Part shown: positions 8,392 through 17,698 of the stretch, one piece after another
Layout of the letters: each line of letters opens with the position of its first letter
Numbering within the stretch: position 1 is the stretch's first letter
Notes under the pieces: generated by a model
Database searches by the model: none
What the model saw: the letters and a program-made list of their open reading frames with translations, nothing else
Told to the model about the DNA's origin: nothing
Position numbers and translations under genes: made by a program
NCBI GenBank assembly: GCA_049282095.1
Contig: JBAPTI010000016.1
Span: 11,295-75,294 of the forward strand
From: Chthoniobacterales bacterium
GTDB taxonomy: Bacteria; Verrucomicrobiota; Verrucomicrobiia; Chthoniobacterales; UBA6821
Reading direction: 5' to 3'
DNA: 64,000 nucleotides

Positions 8392-9354
8392 ATGCCGGCT
8401 CTCGACAAGCCTCTGGCCGAACTGGAGAAGTACCGCGGGATCAATCCTCGGCCCGGGGACTTCGACGACTACTGGGATGCCGCCCTTCGTGAACTCGACG
8501 CGACGGATCCCGAGCCCGAACTTGTTCCAAGTGCCGAGATCGATCCACCCCATGCCGAGGTGTTTGATCTTTGGTTCCGCGGTGTCGGAGGGGCCCGGAT
8601 TCATGCCAAGTATGCCCGTCCTAAAAAGAGCGCGGGAGCCATCCCTGCTCTACTTCAGTTCCACGGCTATGCGGGAAACAGCGGCGACTGGCATGACAAG
8701 CTGGCATGGACGGGGCAGGGGATTGCGATGGCAGCGATGGACTGCCGCGGGCAGGGCGGGCGGAGCGAGGACAACACTCCCGTGCGGGGGAACACCCTCA
8801 ACGGCCATTTCATCCGGGGACTCGACGATGCTCCAGAGAAACTGCTCTTCCGCAGCATCTTCCTCGATACCGTGCAGCTCGCACGGGTCGTGATGTCATT
8901 CCCGGAAATCGATCCGTCGCGCATCGGCACGACCGGAGGCTCGCAGGGTGGCGCCCTCTCGATCGCCTGCGCCGCCCTGGAACCCCGCATCAGCCGCTGC
9001 GTTTCGATCTACCCCTTCCTCTCCGACTACCAAAGGGTCTGGGAAATGGACCTGGCCAAGGACGCCTATGCCGAACTCAGGGCCTTCTTCCGTCACTTTG
9101 ATCCGCGACACGAGCGGAAGGAGGAGATCTTCACGCGCCTCGGCTACATCGACGTGCAGCACCTCGCCCCCCGCATTGGGGCGAAGGTCCTCATGGCCCT
9201 CTCGCTGATGGATAACATCTGCCCCCCTTCGACCCAGTTCGCCGTCTACAACGCGATCCGCAGTCCCAAGGAGGCGGTGATCTATCCCGACTTCGGACAC
9301 GAGGGATTGCCCGGATTCGGCGATCGAGCCTTCAATTTTCTGCTCGGACTCTGA
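8392..9354 (+). CDS. CE7 acetyl-xylan esterase / cephalosporin-C deacetylase family hydrolase
   Basis: 320 aa. The N-terminus PGDFDDYWDAAL...FHGYAGNSGDW and the nucleophile elbow GGSQGG are typical of the Axe1/CAH family. Confidence 0.8.
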   Translation: MPALDKPLAELEKYRGINPRPGDFDDYWDAALRELDATDPEPELVPSAEIDPPHAEVFDLWFRGVGGARIHAKYARPKKSAGAIPALLQFHGYAGNSGDWHDKLAWTGQGIAMAAMDCRGQGGRSEDNTPVRGNTLNGHFIRGLDDAPEKLLFRSIFLDTVQLARVVMSFPEIDPSRIGTTGGSQGGALSIACAALEPRISRCVSIYPFLSDYQRVWEMDLAKDAYAELRAFFRHFDPRHERKEEIFTRLGYIDVQHLAPRIGAKVLMALSLMDNICPPSTQFAVYNAIRSPKEAVIYPDFGHEGLPGFGDRAFNFLLGL

Positions 9355-9356
9355 GT

Positions 9357-10484
9357 ATGCCGCACGTTGCGGCTAAGGAAGCGGGTGTCGCGGGAACGGC
9401 TCCACAGGCTGTGCTGCGGAGCATCAGGCTTGCGGGATTCCGCTGCTTCGAGTCACTGGAGTATGAACCGGGGACCCGTCTCAGTTTCCTCACCGGGCCG
9501 AATGCCCGGGGGAAGACCTCCATCCTCGAGGCCGTCTGCATGCTGCTGCGGCTCCGTTCGCCCAGAACCTCCGAAAACCGGGAGATGGTCCGCTTCGGCG
9601 GGAGTGCCTTCGCACTGGAGGGGGTGGTCGAAGCCCGGGCCCGTGAGGCAACCACCCGTCTCTCCCTCACCTGCACTCCTCCTTCCCGCATCCTCAAACT
9701 GGATGGAGTGCCCCAGTCCTCCACGGCTGATTATCTGTCGCAGGGAAGGATTGTCTGGTTCGGCAGCGAGGATCTCTCAATGGTCAACGGCCCGGCGGAA
9801 CGCCGCAGGAAGCTCCTCGACAGCGCCGGTCTTCAACTCGGGGGCTCGGGACTCTTGGCGACCTACGGGCGCGATCTGAAGAGCTACGAACGGGCGCTCC
9901 GATCACGGAATCTCCTGCTGCGTGAAGGAAAACCGCGTGCCCAGATCGAGGCCTACGACATTCCCCTGTCTGAGACCGGAGAGAGGCTCATCATGGCTCG
10001 CCGAGGTTTGGTCGAAGCGCTGGCGCCCCTTGCTGCTGCGGCTTGTGCCTCGATCTCGGGGGAAAAACTGGAGCTCTCCTACTCCCCCGGTGCCGACCTT
10101 CCGATGAGGGAGGCTCTCGAGGTCAGTCGCTCCGAGGAGATCCGTCTTCGACAGACAAGGGTGGGACCGCAGAGGGATGATGTCGCCGTCCAACTCAACG
10201 CCATTCCGGCCGGATCCTTCGCCTCGGAGGGGCAGCGGCGCACGGTGGCCCTCGCCCTCAAGTTGGCGGTTGCCGCCCTCCTCACAAGGGAAAACGGAGC
10301 CGCCCCACTTTTGCTTCTCGACGATATCTTCGGCGAACTCGACCCATCCAGACGAGATGCCTTGCTCGCGGGGATGCCCGCCGATTCCCAGGCCCTCCTG
10401 ACCACGGCAGATCTTACAGGCATCACCCTGCCTTCAGGTTCGGTGGTGCACCGTCTGGAAGAGGGAGGACTCCGTCCCGGTTAA
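9357..10484 (+). CDS. recF: DNA replication and repair protein RecF
   Basis: Walker A GPNARGKTS, signature SEGQRRTVALALKLA, Walker B LLLLDDIFGELD. The true start may be slightly downstream. Confidence 0.88.
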   Translation: MPHVAAKEAGVAGTAPQAVLRSIRLAGFRCFESLEYEPGTRLSFLTGPNARGKTSILEAVCMLLRLRSPRTSENREMVRFGGSAFALEGVVEARAREATTRLSLTCTPPSRILKLDGVPQSSTADYLSQGRIVWFGSEDLSMVNGPAERRRKLLDSAGLQLGGSGLLATYGRDLKSYERALRSRNLLLREGKPRAQIEAYDIPLSETGERLIMARRGLVEALAPLAAAACASISGEKLELSYSPGADLPMREALEVSRSEEIRLRQTRVGPQRDDVAVQLNAIPAGSFASEGQRRTVALALKLAVAALLTRENGAAPLLLLDDIFGELDPSRRDALLAGMPADSQALLTTADLTGITLPSGSVVHRLEEGGLRPG

Positions 10485-10578
10485 AGAGTGGAAAGGTTTT
10501 CCGGTCCCGCCGTGCCGGATAACCGCCCGTCATAGATCCTTTCCTCGGGGGCTTTTTTGACGTACCCAAGGTGTAGGC

Positions 10579-12375
10579 ATGTCGATCTATCTCCGCACGC
10601 TCCGCTACTTCCGGGCTTTCACAGGCCAGACACTGCTTGCGGTGGTTCTGATGACCATAGGCATCGGCTTCAATCTCCTGAAGCCGTGGCCATTCAAGTA
10701 CATCGTCGACGGGGTCCTTGACACTTCGCATGGGACGGCCGAGGCGCGTGCTTTCGTGAAGCAATGGTTCGGGTGGACCGACGGATACGGGGCTGTGATC
10801 GCTCTTTGCGTCGCCATGGCCGCGATCGCCCTGCTCTCCGGCCTGGTGAATCTCCTCTCCAACGTCCTGCTGATCCGCATCGGACTGAAGGCGCTTCTTC
10901 ATCTGCGCACCCAGCTCTACAGCTGCCTGCAGGCTCTTCCGCTGCAGTTCCACGATGCCCGGCGCAGCAGCGACTCCTCCTTCCGCGTCGCCTACGATTC
11001 GCAGTCGATCCAGACGATCTACAACAAGGGCTTCGCCACGATCTTCGGCGCTGTGGTCACGCTCGTGAGCGCGCTGGTGATCATGCTGCGGATGAACTGG
11101 CAACTGACCGTGGTCTCCCTCGCGGTGCTTCCCCCGGTGGTCTGGTCGATCCGCTACTACGGTGACCGGATCCGCCGGGAATCGACGACGATCCAGGAGC
11201 GTGAGAGCGACCTGCTTGCCACCGTACAGGAGGGGCTCGGATCGATCCGCATGGTGCAGGCCTTCGGCCGCGAATCCCACGAGGTGCAGCAGTTCCTTGC
11301 CCACGCGACGCGCAGCCTCGAGGCGAATTTCCGCCTAAACATGACCTCCAGCCGCAGCGCGCTCGTGGTCGGAACGCTCATGGCGCTGGGATCCGCGGTC
11401 ATGTACGGGGCCGGATCGTTGCAGGTGCTGAAAGCCAACCTCAGCCTCGGCGACATGCTGGTCTTCGTCGCCTACCTGGCAACCCTGTACCAACCGATCG
11501 AACAACTGACCTACACCGCATGGGCCCTGGAGGGGGCGGCCGCAGGAGCGCAGCGCTGCTTCGAGGTACTCGACCGCGAGGAGGAGACGAAGGATTCCCC
11601 CGGTGCCGTTCCCCTCGGTGTCGCCAAGGGGGGGATCACCTTCGCAGGGGTCGCCTTCAATTACGACCCCAAGGCACCCGTGCTTGCCGGTGTCGACCTC
11701 GTGATTGCTCCCGGGGAAACGGTTGCCTTTGTCGGGGGTACCGGCGCGGGCAAGAGCACGCTGCTCTCATTGGTTCCGCGTTTCTACGATCCCACGGCGG
11801 GCATGGTCCGCATCGACGGGCATGATCTCAAGTCACTGACCAAGGCCTCGCTCCGTTCCCAGATCGGCATGGTCCTTCAGGACACCCTGCTCTTCTCCAC
11901 CAGCATCCGGGAGAACATCGCCTACGGTCGCGAGGGGGCGACGGAGGCTGAGATCATCGAGGCGGCGAAGCGTGCGCAGGCGTACGATTTCATCATGGCC
12001 CAACCTCAGGGTTTCGACACGCTGGTCGGGGAGAGGGGAGGGCATCTCAGCGTCGGCCAGCGCCAGCGCATCGGGATCGCCCGGGCCTTCCTCAAGAACG
12101 CCCCGATCCTCCTTCTGGATGAGCCGACTTCCGCGCTCGATCCCTCGACGGAGAAGGCGATCATGGAGACGATCGCTGAACTGATGCGTGGTCGCACCAC
12201 GCTGATCATCACCCATCGGCTCTCGACGGTGCATCATCTCGGTCGCGTGGTTCTGCTGGAGCATGGACGCATAGCCGAGCAGGGGACCGGGCCCGAGCTT
12301 CTCGCCGCGGGCGGATCGTACGCGAAGCTTTACCACGCCGCCGGACACCACGCCGGAGAGAAGAAAGAATCATGA
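10579..12375 (+). CDS. ABC exporter, fused permease/ATPase (MsbA/multidrug type)
   Basis: 598 aa with an N-terminal 6-TM domain, Walker A GGTGAGKST, signature LSVGQRQR, Walker B ILLLDEPTS. Confidence 0.9.
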   Translation: MSIYLRTLRYFRAFTGQTLLAVVLMTIGIGFNLLKPWPFKYIVDGVLDTSHGTAEARAFVKQWFGWTDGYGAVIALCVAMAAIALLSGLVNLLSNVLLIRIGLKALLHLRTQLYSCLQALPLQFHDARRSSDSSFRVAYDSQSIQTIYNKGFATIFGAVVTLVSALVIMLRMNWQLTVVSLAVLPPVVWSIRYYGDRIRRESTTIQERESDLLATVQEGLGSIRMVQAFGRESHEVQQFLAHATRSLEANFRLNMTSSRSALVVGTLMALGSAVMYGAGSLQVLKANLSLGDMLVFVAYLATLYQPIEQLTYTAWALEGAAAGAQRCFEVLDREEETKDSPGAVPLGVAKGGITFAGVAFNYDPKAPVLAGVDLVIAPGETVAFVGGTGAGKSTLLSLVPRFYDPTAGMVRIDGHDLKSLTKASLRSQIGMVLQDTLLFSTSIRENIAYGREGATEAEIIEAAKRAQAYDFIMAQPQGFDTLVGERGGHLSVGQRQRIGIARAFLKNAPILLLDEPTSALDPSTEKAIMETIAELMRGRTTLIITHRLSTVHHLGRVVLLEHGRIAEQGTGPELLAAGGSYAKLYHAAGHHAGEKKES

Positions 12376-13553
12376 AACGCAAAAAGATCATCGTCCTGGG
12401 ATTCATGGGTGGCATGCCCATCGCCGGAGTCATCTGGCAGCACATCCATTACATCGTCGGCCTGCAGCGGCTGGGCCACGAGGTTTACTACGTCGAGGAC
12501 ACGCTGAACTACCCGTACGATCCGGTCGCTTTCAATGTCTCCGACGATTACTCCTACGCCGCTCAGACGCTGGGACGACTGGCCGAGGAGCACGGCTTCC
12601 GGGGACGCTGGGCCTACTGCGCCCGCTACAAGGATCCGATGGAGAGCGCCGGAATGTCGCTTGCCCAACTCAAGACCCTCTACAGGGAGGCCGACTGCGC
12701 CCTGAATATCTGCGGGTCACACGACATGAACGACGATCTTCGTTCGATCCGGCATCTGATCTACGTCGAGAGCGATCCGGGGGTGGAGCAGATCAAGATC
12801 GACAAGGATGAGTCCGCCACCATTGATTATCTCAAGGAGCACCGGCATCTCTTCACCTTTGGCGAGAATATCGGCACACCCGCCTTCGCCGTTCCCACGC
12901 ACGGATTCAACTGGCTTCCGACCCGTCAACCCGTGGTCACCGATCTCTGGTGCCCCACTGCCGAGGCACCCGCGCCCGATACCGCCGCCCTGTTCACGAC
13001 GATCTGCAACTGGTCGACCAGCGGCAAGAAGGACATCGAATGGCGCGGTTCGAATTACCTCTGGAGCAAGTCGCTGGAGTTTCTTCGATTCGTGGAGGCA
13101 CCGAAGCGTTCCGGTGAGTCGTTCGAGATGGCGACCGACATCAAGAAGGAAGAAGAAAAGGCTCTTTTCGAGAAGAACGACTGGAAGCTCGTCCTTCCGC
13201 ACGACCTGAGTGTCGATTGGAACGGCTACCGCGACTACATCCGCAACTCCAGGGGAGAGTTTACCTGCGCGAAGGACCAATATATCCGTCTGAACACAGG
13301 TTGGTTCAGCGACCGCACCGCATGCTACCTAGCGGCCGGTCGTCCCGTGATCACGCAGGAGACCGGATTCACCTCCCATTACGGAGGGAAGGAGGGGCTC
13401 CTCTCCTTCTCCAGCATGGAGGAGATCGTCGATGCCGTCGCCTCGATACGCGCCGACTACAAAAAGCACAGCCGCGCCGCGCTCGCCATCGCGCGCGAGG
13501 TCTTCGAGGCGGAGAAGGTACTGGCCTCGCTCCTCGAGCGCGCCAGCGTATAG
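12372..13553 (+). CDS. GT-B/CgeB-like (DUF3880-like) putative glycosyltransferase, paralog 1
   Basis: 393 aa. Its start overlaps the ABC exporter stop (ATGA at 12372-12375). The C-terminal block GWFSDRTACYLAAGRPVITQETGF...LLSFSSMEEIVDAV resembles GT-B C-terminal domains. The family call is tentative. Confidence 0.5.
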   Translation: MKRKKIIVLGFMGGMPIAGVIWQHIHYIVGLQRLGHEVYYVEDTLNYPYDPVAFNVSDDYSYAAQTLGRLAEEHGFRGRWAYCARYKDPMESAGMSLAQLKTLYREADCALNICGSHDMNDDLRSIRHLIYVESDPGVEQIKIDKDESATIDYLKEHRHLFTFGENIGTPAFAVPTHGFNWLPTRQPVVTDLWCPTAEAPAPDTAALFTTICNWSTSGKKDIEWRGSNYLWSKSLEFLRFVEAPKRSGESFEMATDIKKEEEKALFEKNDWKLVLPHDLSVDWNGYRDYIRNSRGEFTCAKDQYIRLNTGWFSDRTACYLAAGRPVITQETGFTSHYGGKEGLLSFSSMEEIVDAVASIRADYKKHSRAALAIAREVFEAEKVLASLLERASV

Positions 13554-13560
13554 TTTAACT

Positions 13561-13709
13561 CACAGGGATGAAGGGGATGAAGGAGATAGAGAAGAAAATC
13601 TCAAATGGAATAGAACAGGAACAGAACAGAGCATAGTAAGTCTGCACACAAATTCTCCTCATCCATTCTTTGCCCAAAGACCATCCCTTCCATCCCCTTC
13701 ATCCCTGTG
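13561..13709. repeat. Family-C hairpin (GGGATGAAG words) between the two paralogs
   Basis: Left arm CACAGGGATGAAGGGGATGAAGG (13561-13583). Right arm CCTTCCATCCCCTTCATCCCTGTG (13686-13709). They are complementary except for one extra C, with a ~100-nt AT-rich loop. Confidence 0.9.
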
Positions 13710-14876
13710 AAATCGCATTTCCCTCCCGTCTTTGTTGGTTGCGGTTTTGCCGCGAAGTATCCCGAAGGGGGCGGCAATTTCTCCGTGCCTCTGCAGTACC
13801 TGACGGGGCTGAAGCGGATGGGGTGTCGAGGGGTCTGGTTGGAGGTACTTCAGGAGAGTGGTGACCCGGAGAAGGATGCCCGGTGTGTCCGGAGTTTTCG
13901 CCGCAGGATGGCCTTCTACGGTCTCGAATATTGCCTGCTACTCCGCCCCCCGCAGATTGGGGGAGGTGCCGAGGAGCATCACCCGGAAGGGATGCGGGCC
14001 TTCGGAATGCCGCTCAAGGAACTCCGAGAACTCGCTCCCCATTCCTTCCTGCTGAACCTCAGCTACTCAATCAAGCCGCCGCTCACCAATCTCTTCGGCC
14101 GCCGCCTGCTCTGTAGCCTCGATCCGACCGAGGTCCTCTACTGGATGGATCAGATGGAGATGGGGCAGTCCTGCCATGACGAGTTCTGGTCGATCGGACT
14201 CTGCATGGATGCGATCGATCCGCGTCTCCCGAAGCCCATCGTCTCCTGGAAGAGTTACTTTCCCCTCGTCGACACGGAACTCCTCAAGCCTCAGCCTCAG
14301 CCGCGCCCGACCGGAAAGCCGCGCTTCACGACGATTGGCCAGTGGTATTGGGACGGGAACATTATGATCGGCGGTGAGTGGCGCGATTACTCGAAGCAGG
14401 CCGCCTTCGCCCCCTACATGGATCTGCCGAAACGGGTGCCAGAGGCGGTCTTTGAGCTTGCGATGAATCTTAATCCCGATGACCCCGAGCGCCGGCGCCT
14501 CCGCTCGCTGGGATGGAAGGTGGCCACCCCGCATGCCCTGACCAGCACGCCTGAGGCCTACTACCGCTATCTGGCGGGGGCCACGGCCGAGTTCACGGCG
14601 GTGAAGCTTGAGGCGATCATGGGAAGTGGCTGGCTGAGTGATCGCGCTGCGGCCTTTCTGGCGCTCGGTCGACCCGTGGTCACCGAACCGACCGGTGCCG
14701 AGCGCTTCCTCCCGAAGGATTCGGGAATGCTCTTTGCCTCCAACCTTGAGGAGGCGGTTGAGGCCTCGCGCCGTGTGCTGAAGGATTGGCCCGCACTCGC
14801 AAAGGCCGCCCGTGTCACGGCGATGGAGTGCTTCGACTCGGTGCGTAATCTGCGCCTGATGCTAGGCAATTCCTAG
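13707..14876 (+). CDS. GT-B/CgeB-like putative glycosyltransferase, paralog 2 (start uncertain, GTG inside the hairpin arm)
   Basis: 389 aa. The C-terminal GWLSDRAAAFLALGRPVVTEPTG...MLFASNLEEAVEA aligns with paralog 1. The N-terminal ..YLTGLKRMGC.. aligns with ..YIVGLQRLGH... Confidence 0.5.
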   Translation: MKSHFPPVFVGCGFAAKYPEGGGNFSVPLQYLTGLKRMGCRGVWLEVLQESGDPEKDARCVRSFRRRMAFYGLEYCLLLRPPQIGGGAEEHHPEGMRAFGMPLKELRELAPHSFLLNLSYSIKPPLTNLFGRRLLCSLDPTEVLYWMDQMEMGQSCHDEFWSIGLCMDAIDPRLPKPIVSWKSYFPLVDTELLKPQPQPRPTGKPRFTTIGQWYWDGNIMIGGEWRDYSKQAAFAPYMDLPKRVPEAVFELAMNLNPDDPERRRLRSLGWKVATPHALTSTPEAYYRYLAGATAEFTAVKLEAIMGSGWLSDRAAAFLALGRPVVTEPTGAERFLPKDSGMLFASNLEEAVEASRRVLKDWPALAKAARVTAMECFDSVRNLRLMLGNS

Positions 14877-14878
14877 GC

Positions 14879-15931
14879 TCATGATCCTGCCGGGAGTGTG
14901 CTCCCCTCGATCCAAGTCGGTTCGATGAGCATGGCTCTCGGTGAGGTGGAGAGGGCTGTCTCGCCCGCATGGATCATCTGCACCAGCAGGTCTACCGCGG
15001 CGGCTCCCGTTCGGTCGTTGTGCTGGTCGACACCCGCCCAGTCACTGCGCTCGGGACGTGATTCAAGCTGCACGAGGGCCGTTGTCTCGGGCACCTTTAC
15101 GCGGAGTGCTTTCAGCCATTCCTCCACGACATGGTAAAGCGTCAGGATCGAGTCCGGACGATGACGTTCCCACCATGAGATGAATTCCGGGGAGGGTTTC
15201 GAGTCACCACCGCAGTGATAGAACGGAGGAACCCGGTCGCGTGCGGGGAGTTCACGCTGGGCGATCAGAAACCCCGCGGTGAAGCGTCCTTGCACGAGTT
15301 CATCGATGTCGTGTTCAAGGACCAGTGCGGGACGCCGTCGACCGGAGGCAAGGATCCGTGAGAGGGCGAGCTGGGCGACCGCATGATGATCGGCACAGGC
15401 AAACGGTAGTCGGGGATCCTCCGTTCTCACCCCCGTGACGACGCATGGCATGGCGGTCCAGAGCGGGGCCAGGGTGGAGGGGAGGCGGTTACTCTTCATG
15501 AGGCCGGTGAGGATGCACCCCCTCAGCCCCCTGGCCTGCAGGATCCGCAGAAGTCCCTTACCATCGAGGGAGGTGGCCGGTTCGTTGATCTCATCGAGGA
15601 TGTAACCGAGGGCCCCGGCGCGGGACCTGCATCCCCTCACGTAGGCAGGGATGGTCGGGTGGGAGCGGAAGGCGGAGGGATCCTCGTTGAGGTTCAGCAG
15701 GGCGATGGTCGCCCGTTCCCCCCTCTGTTCCCCGATCCTGAGCTGGGACATCAGGTGTGCGACGACGGCATTGCGCCGGTACCCGATCCGTTTGGCCGCC
15801 TTCTCCACGCGTTGCCGGGTGGCCTTGGGGATCCGCGGATCATGACTCAGTGCCAGCGAGACCGCTGATTTGGTCAGTCCCGTGAGGGCAGCGATGTCGC
15901 TTAGGGAGGGGGTCTTTCGGGGTGTTTTCAT
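14879..15931 (-). CDS. LacI-family transcriptional regulator (likely arabinose-operon repressor)
   Basis: N-terminal HTH SLSDIAALTGLTKSAVSLALSHDPRIPKATRQRVEKAAKRIGYRRN plus a periplasmic-binding-protein-like sugar domain. Divergent from araB. Confidence 0.88.
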   Translation of the reverse strand: MKTPRKTPSLSDIAALTGLTKSAVSLALSHDPRIPKATRQRVEKAAKRIGYRRNAVVAHLMSQLRIGEQRGERATIALLNLNEDPSAFRSHPTIPAYVRGCRSRAGALGYILDEINEPATSLDGKGLLRILQARGLRGCILTGLMKSNRLPSTLAPLWTAMPCVVTGVRTEDPRLPFACADHHAVAQLALSRILASGRRRPALVLEHDIDELVQGRFTAGFLIAQRELPARDRVPPFYHCGGDSKPSPEFISWWERHRPDSILTLYHVVEEWLKALRVKVPETTALVQLESRPERSDWAGVDQHNDRTGAAAVDLLVQMIHAGETALSTSPRAMLIEPTWIEGSTLPAGS

Positions 15932-15991
15932 TCAACTGTCAAGCATCCTGCCCCTTGCCAATCGCGGGTCGCAAGTTTCAACCTTCCCCTC

Positions 15992-17662
15992 ATGTCCTTC
16001 ACGATTGGAATCGACTACGGCACCAACTCAGTCCGCGCCCTTGTGGTGCGCTGCAAAGACGGCAAGGAATTCGGAAGTTCCGTCTTCCATTACCCAAGCG
16101 GAAACCAAGGAATCCTGCTCGACCCCAAGGATCATCATCTCGCCCGCCAGCATCCCGGCGACTACCTGCTGGGCCTTCGGAAGTCGGTTAAGGGAGCGCT
16201 TGCCGAGGCAGGGAAGAAGCCCGGCTTTTCCGCCAACCAGGTGATTGGTCTCGGTGTCGACACCACGGGATCGAGTCCGATTCCCGTCGATCGGAAGAAC
16301 CGCGCCCTGGCGATGGATCTCAAGTGGAAGCGGAATCTTGCCGCCCAGTGCTGGCTCTGGAAGGACCATACCTCCTGGGAGGAGGCGGCCCGGATCACCG
16401 AACTCGCGGCCAAGCATCGTCCCGCGTATATCGCTAAGTGCGGCAACACCTATTCCTCCGAGTGGTGGTGGAGCAAGATCTGGAAATGCCTCAAGGTCGC
16501 ACCGAAGGTCTTTGACGCCGCCTATTCGTGGGTTGAGCTTTCGGATTGGATCCCGTCGGTTCTTGCCGGAGTGGAGGATCCGCTGAAGGTGAAGCGGGGC
16601 ATTTGCGCCGCGGGTCACAAGGCGCTCTACAGCGACGAATGGGGTGGGTTGCCCGACAAGAAGTTTCTGGCAATGCTCCATCCCAAGCTCGCCTCGCTCC
16701 GCGACCGTCTCTACGGGAAAGCCCACGATGCCACGGAGCCGGCCGGCAGGCTTTGCTCCTCATGGGCCGCGACGCTCGGCCTTCCTTCCGGGATTCCGAT
16801 CGCCATCGGCGAATTCGACGTCCATTACGGGGCTGTCGCGTGCGGTGTCGCCGAGGGGACGCTCGTGAAGGTGATCGGCACCTCCACCTGTGACTGTGCT
16901 GTCGTCCCGATGACCAAAAAGGTGGCCGATATTCCCGGCATCTGCGGCATCGTGCCGGGAGCGATCCTACCCGGGTTCTTCGGCGTGGAGGCCGGGCAAT
17001 CGGCGGTCGGTGACATCTTCAAGTGGTGTGTCGAGGGAATCTGCGGAGGAGACGCGGCCCTGCACGGAACCCTGACCCGGGAGGCCGTCAAGCTGAAGCC
17101 CGGCCAGAGCGGCTTGCTGGCGTTGGACTGGCACAACGGCAACCGCACCATCCTGGTCGATCCTCTCCTGACCGGAGGAATGATCGGACAGACCCTGCAT
17201 ACCACACGGGCCGAGATCTACCGGGCACTGATCGAGGCGACTGCCTTCGGGGCACGAGCCATCATCGAGCGGATCCGCGAATACGGTGTTCCCGTCAAGC
17301 GGGTCGTCTGCGCCGGAGGCATCGCTGAGAAGAACACCCTCCTGATGCAGATCTACGCCGACATCACTGGTTGCACCATGCAGGTGGCCGGATCGAGTCA
17401 GGCCTGTGCCCTTGGATCGGCCATCTCGGCCTCGGTTCTGGCCGGGGCTCACAAGGACTTCCAGGCGGCGCAGAAGGCGATGGTGAAGATCAAGCCAAAG
17501 GCCTATGTCCCCAATCCCGCCTCTAAGAAGACCTACGACGAACTCTTCGCACTCTACCGTGCACTGCACGACGCCTTCGGCGGCGTGAACCGCAAGGCCG
17601 ACCTTTCCGGCGTGATGAAGGAACTCCTCGCCATCAGCAAGAGAAGCCTTGCACTGTCCTGA
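15992..17662 (+). CDS. araB: Ribulokinase (FGGY family)
   Basis: 556 aa. MSFTIGIDYGTNSVRALVV is an FGGY N-terminus. Length and araA/araD context match. Confidence 0.9.
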   Translation: MSFTIGIDYGTNSVRALVVRCKDGKEFGSSVFHYPSGNQGILLDPKDHHLARQHPGDYLLGLRKSVKGALAEAGKKPGFSANQVIGLGVDTTGSSPIPVDRKNRALAMDLKWKRNLAAQCWLWKDHTSWEEAARITELAAKHRPAYIAKCGNTYSSEWWWSKIWKCLKVAPKVFDAAYSWVELSDWIPSVLAGVEDPLKVKRGICAAGHKALYSDEWGGLPDKKFLAMLHPKLASLRDRLYGKAHDATEPAGRLCSSWAATLGLPSGIPIAIGEFDVHYGAVACGVAEGTLVKVIGTSTCDCAVVPMTKKVADIPGICGIVPGAILPGFFGVEAGQSAVGDIFKWCVEGICGGDAALHGTLTREAVKLKPGQSGLLALDWHNGNRTILVDPLLTGGMIGQTLHTTRAEIYRALIEATAFGARAIIERIREYGVPVKRVVCAGGIAEKNTLLMQIYADITGCTMQVAGSSQACALGSAISASVLAGAHKDFQAAQKAMVKIKPKAYVPNPASKKTYDELFALYRALHDAFGGVNRKADLSGVMKELLAISKRSLALS

Positions 17663-17698
17663 TCTGGTCCTTCTCTCCACCTCGCACCGATACTTTTC

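Noticed and set aside
10485-10578. Possible terminator after recF ending in GGGGGCTTTTTT (about 10541-10554).
   Set aside because: I could not find a convincing complementary 5' arm; the best is 4 bp with an 18-nt loop. The T-tract alone is insufficient.
15932-15991. LacI-type operator or promoter in the regulator-araB divergent spacer.
   Set aside because: Only a weak TTGC...GCAA dyad is present, plus a TTGACA on the minus strand too close (15 nt) to the regulator start. This is not enough to call a site.
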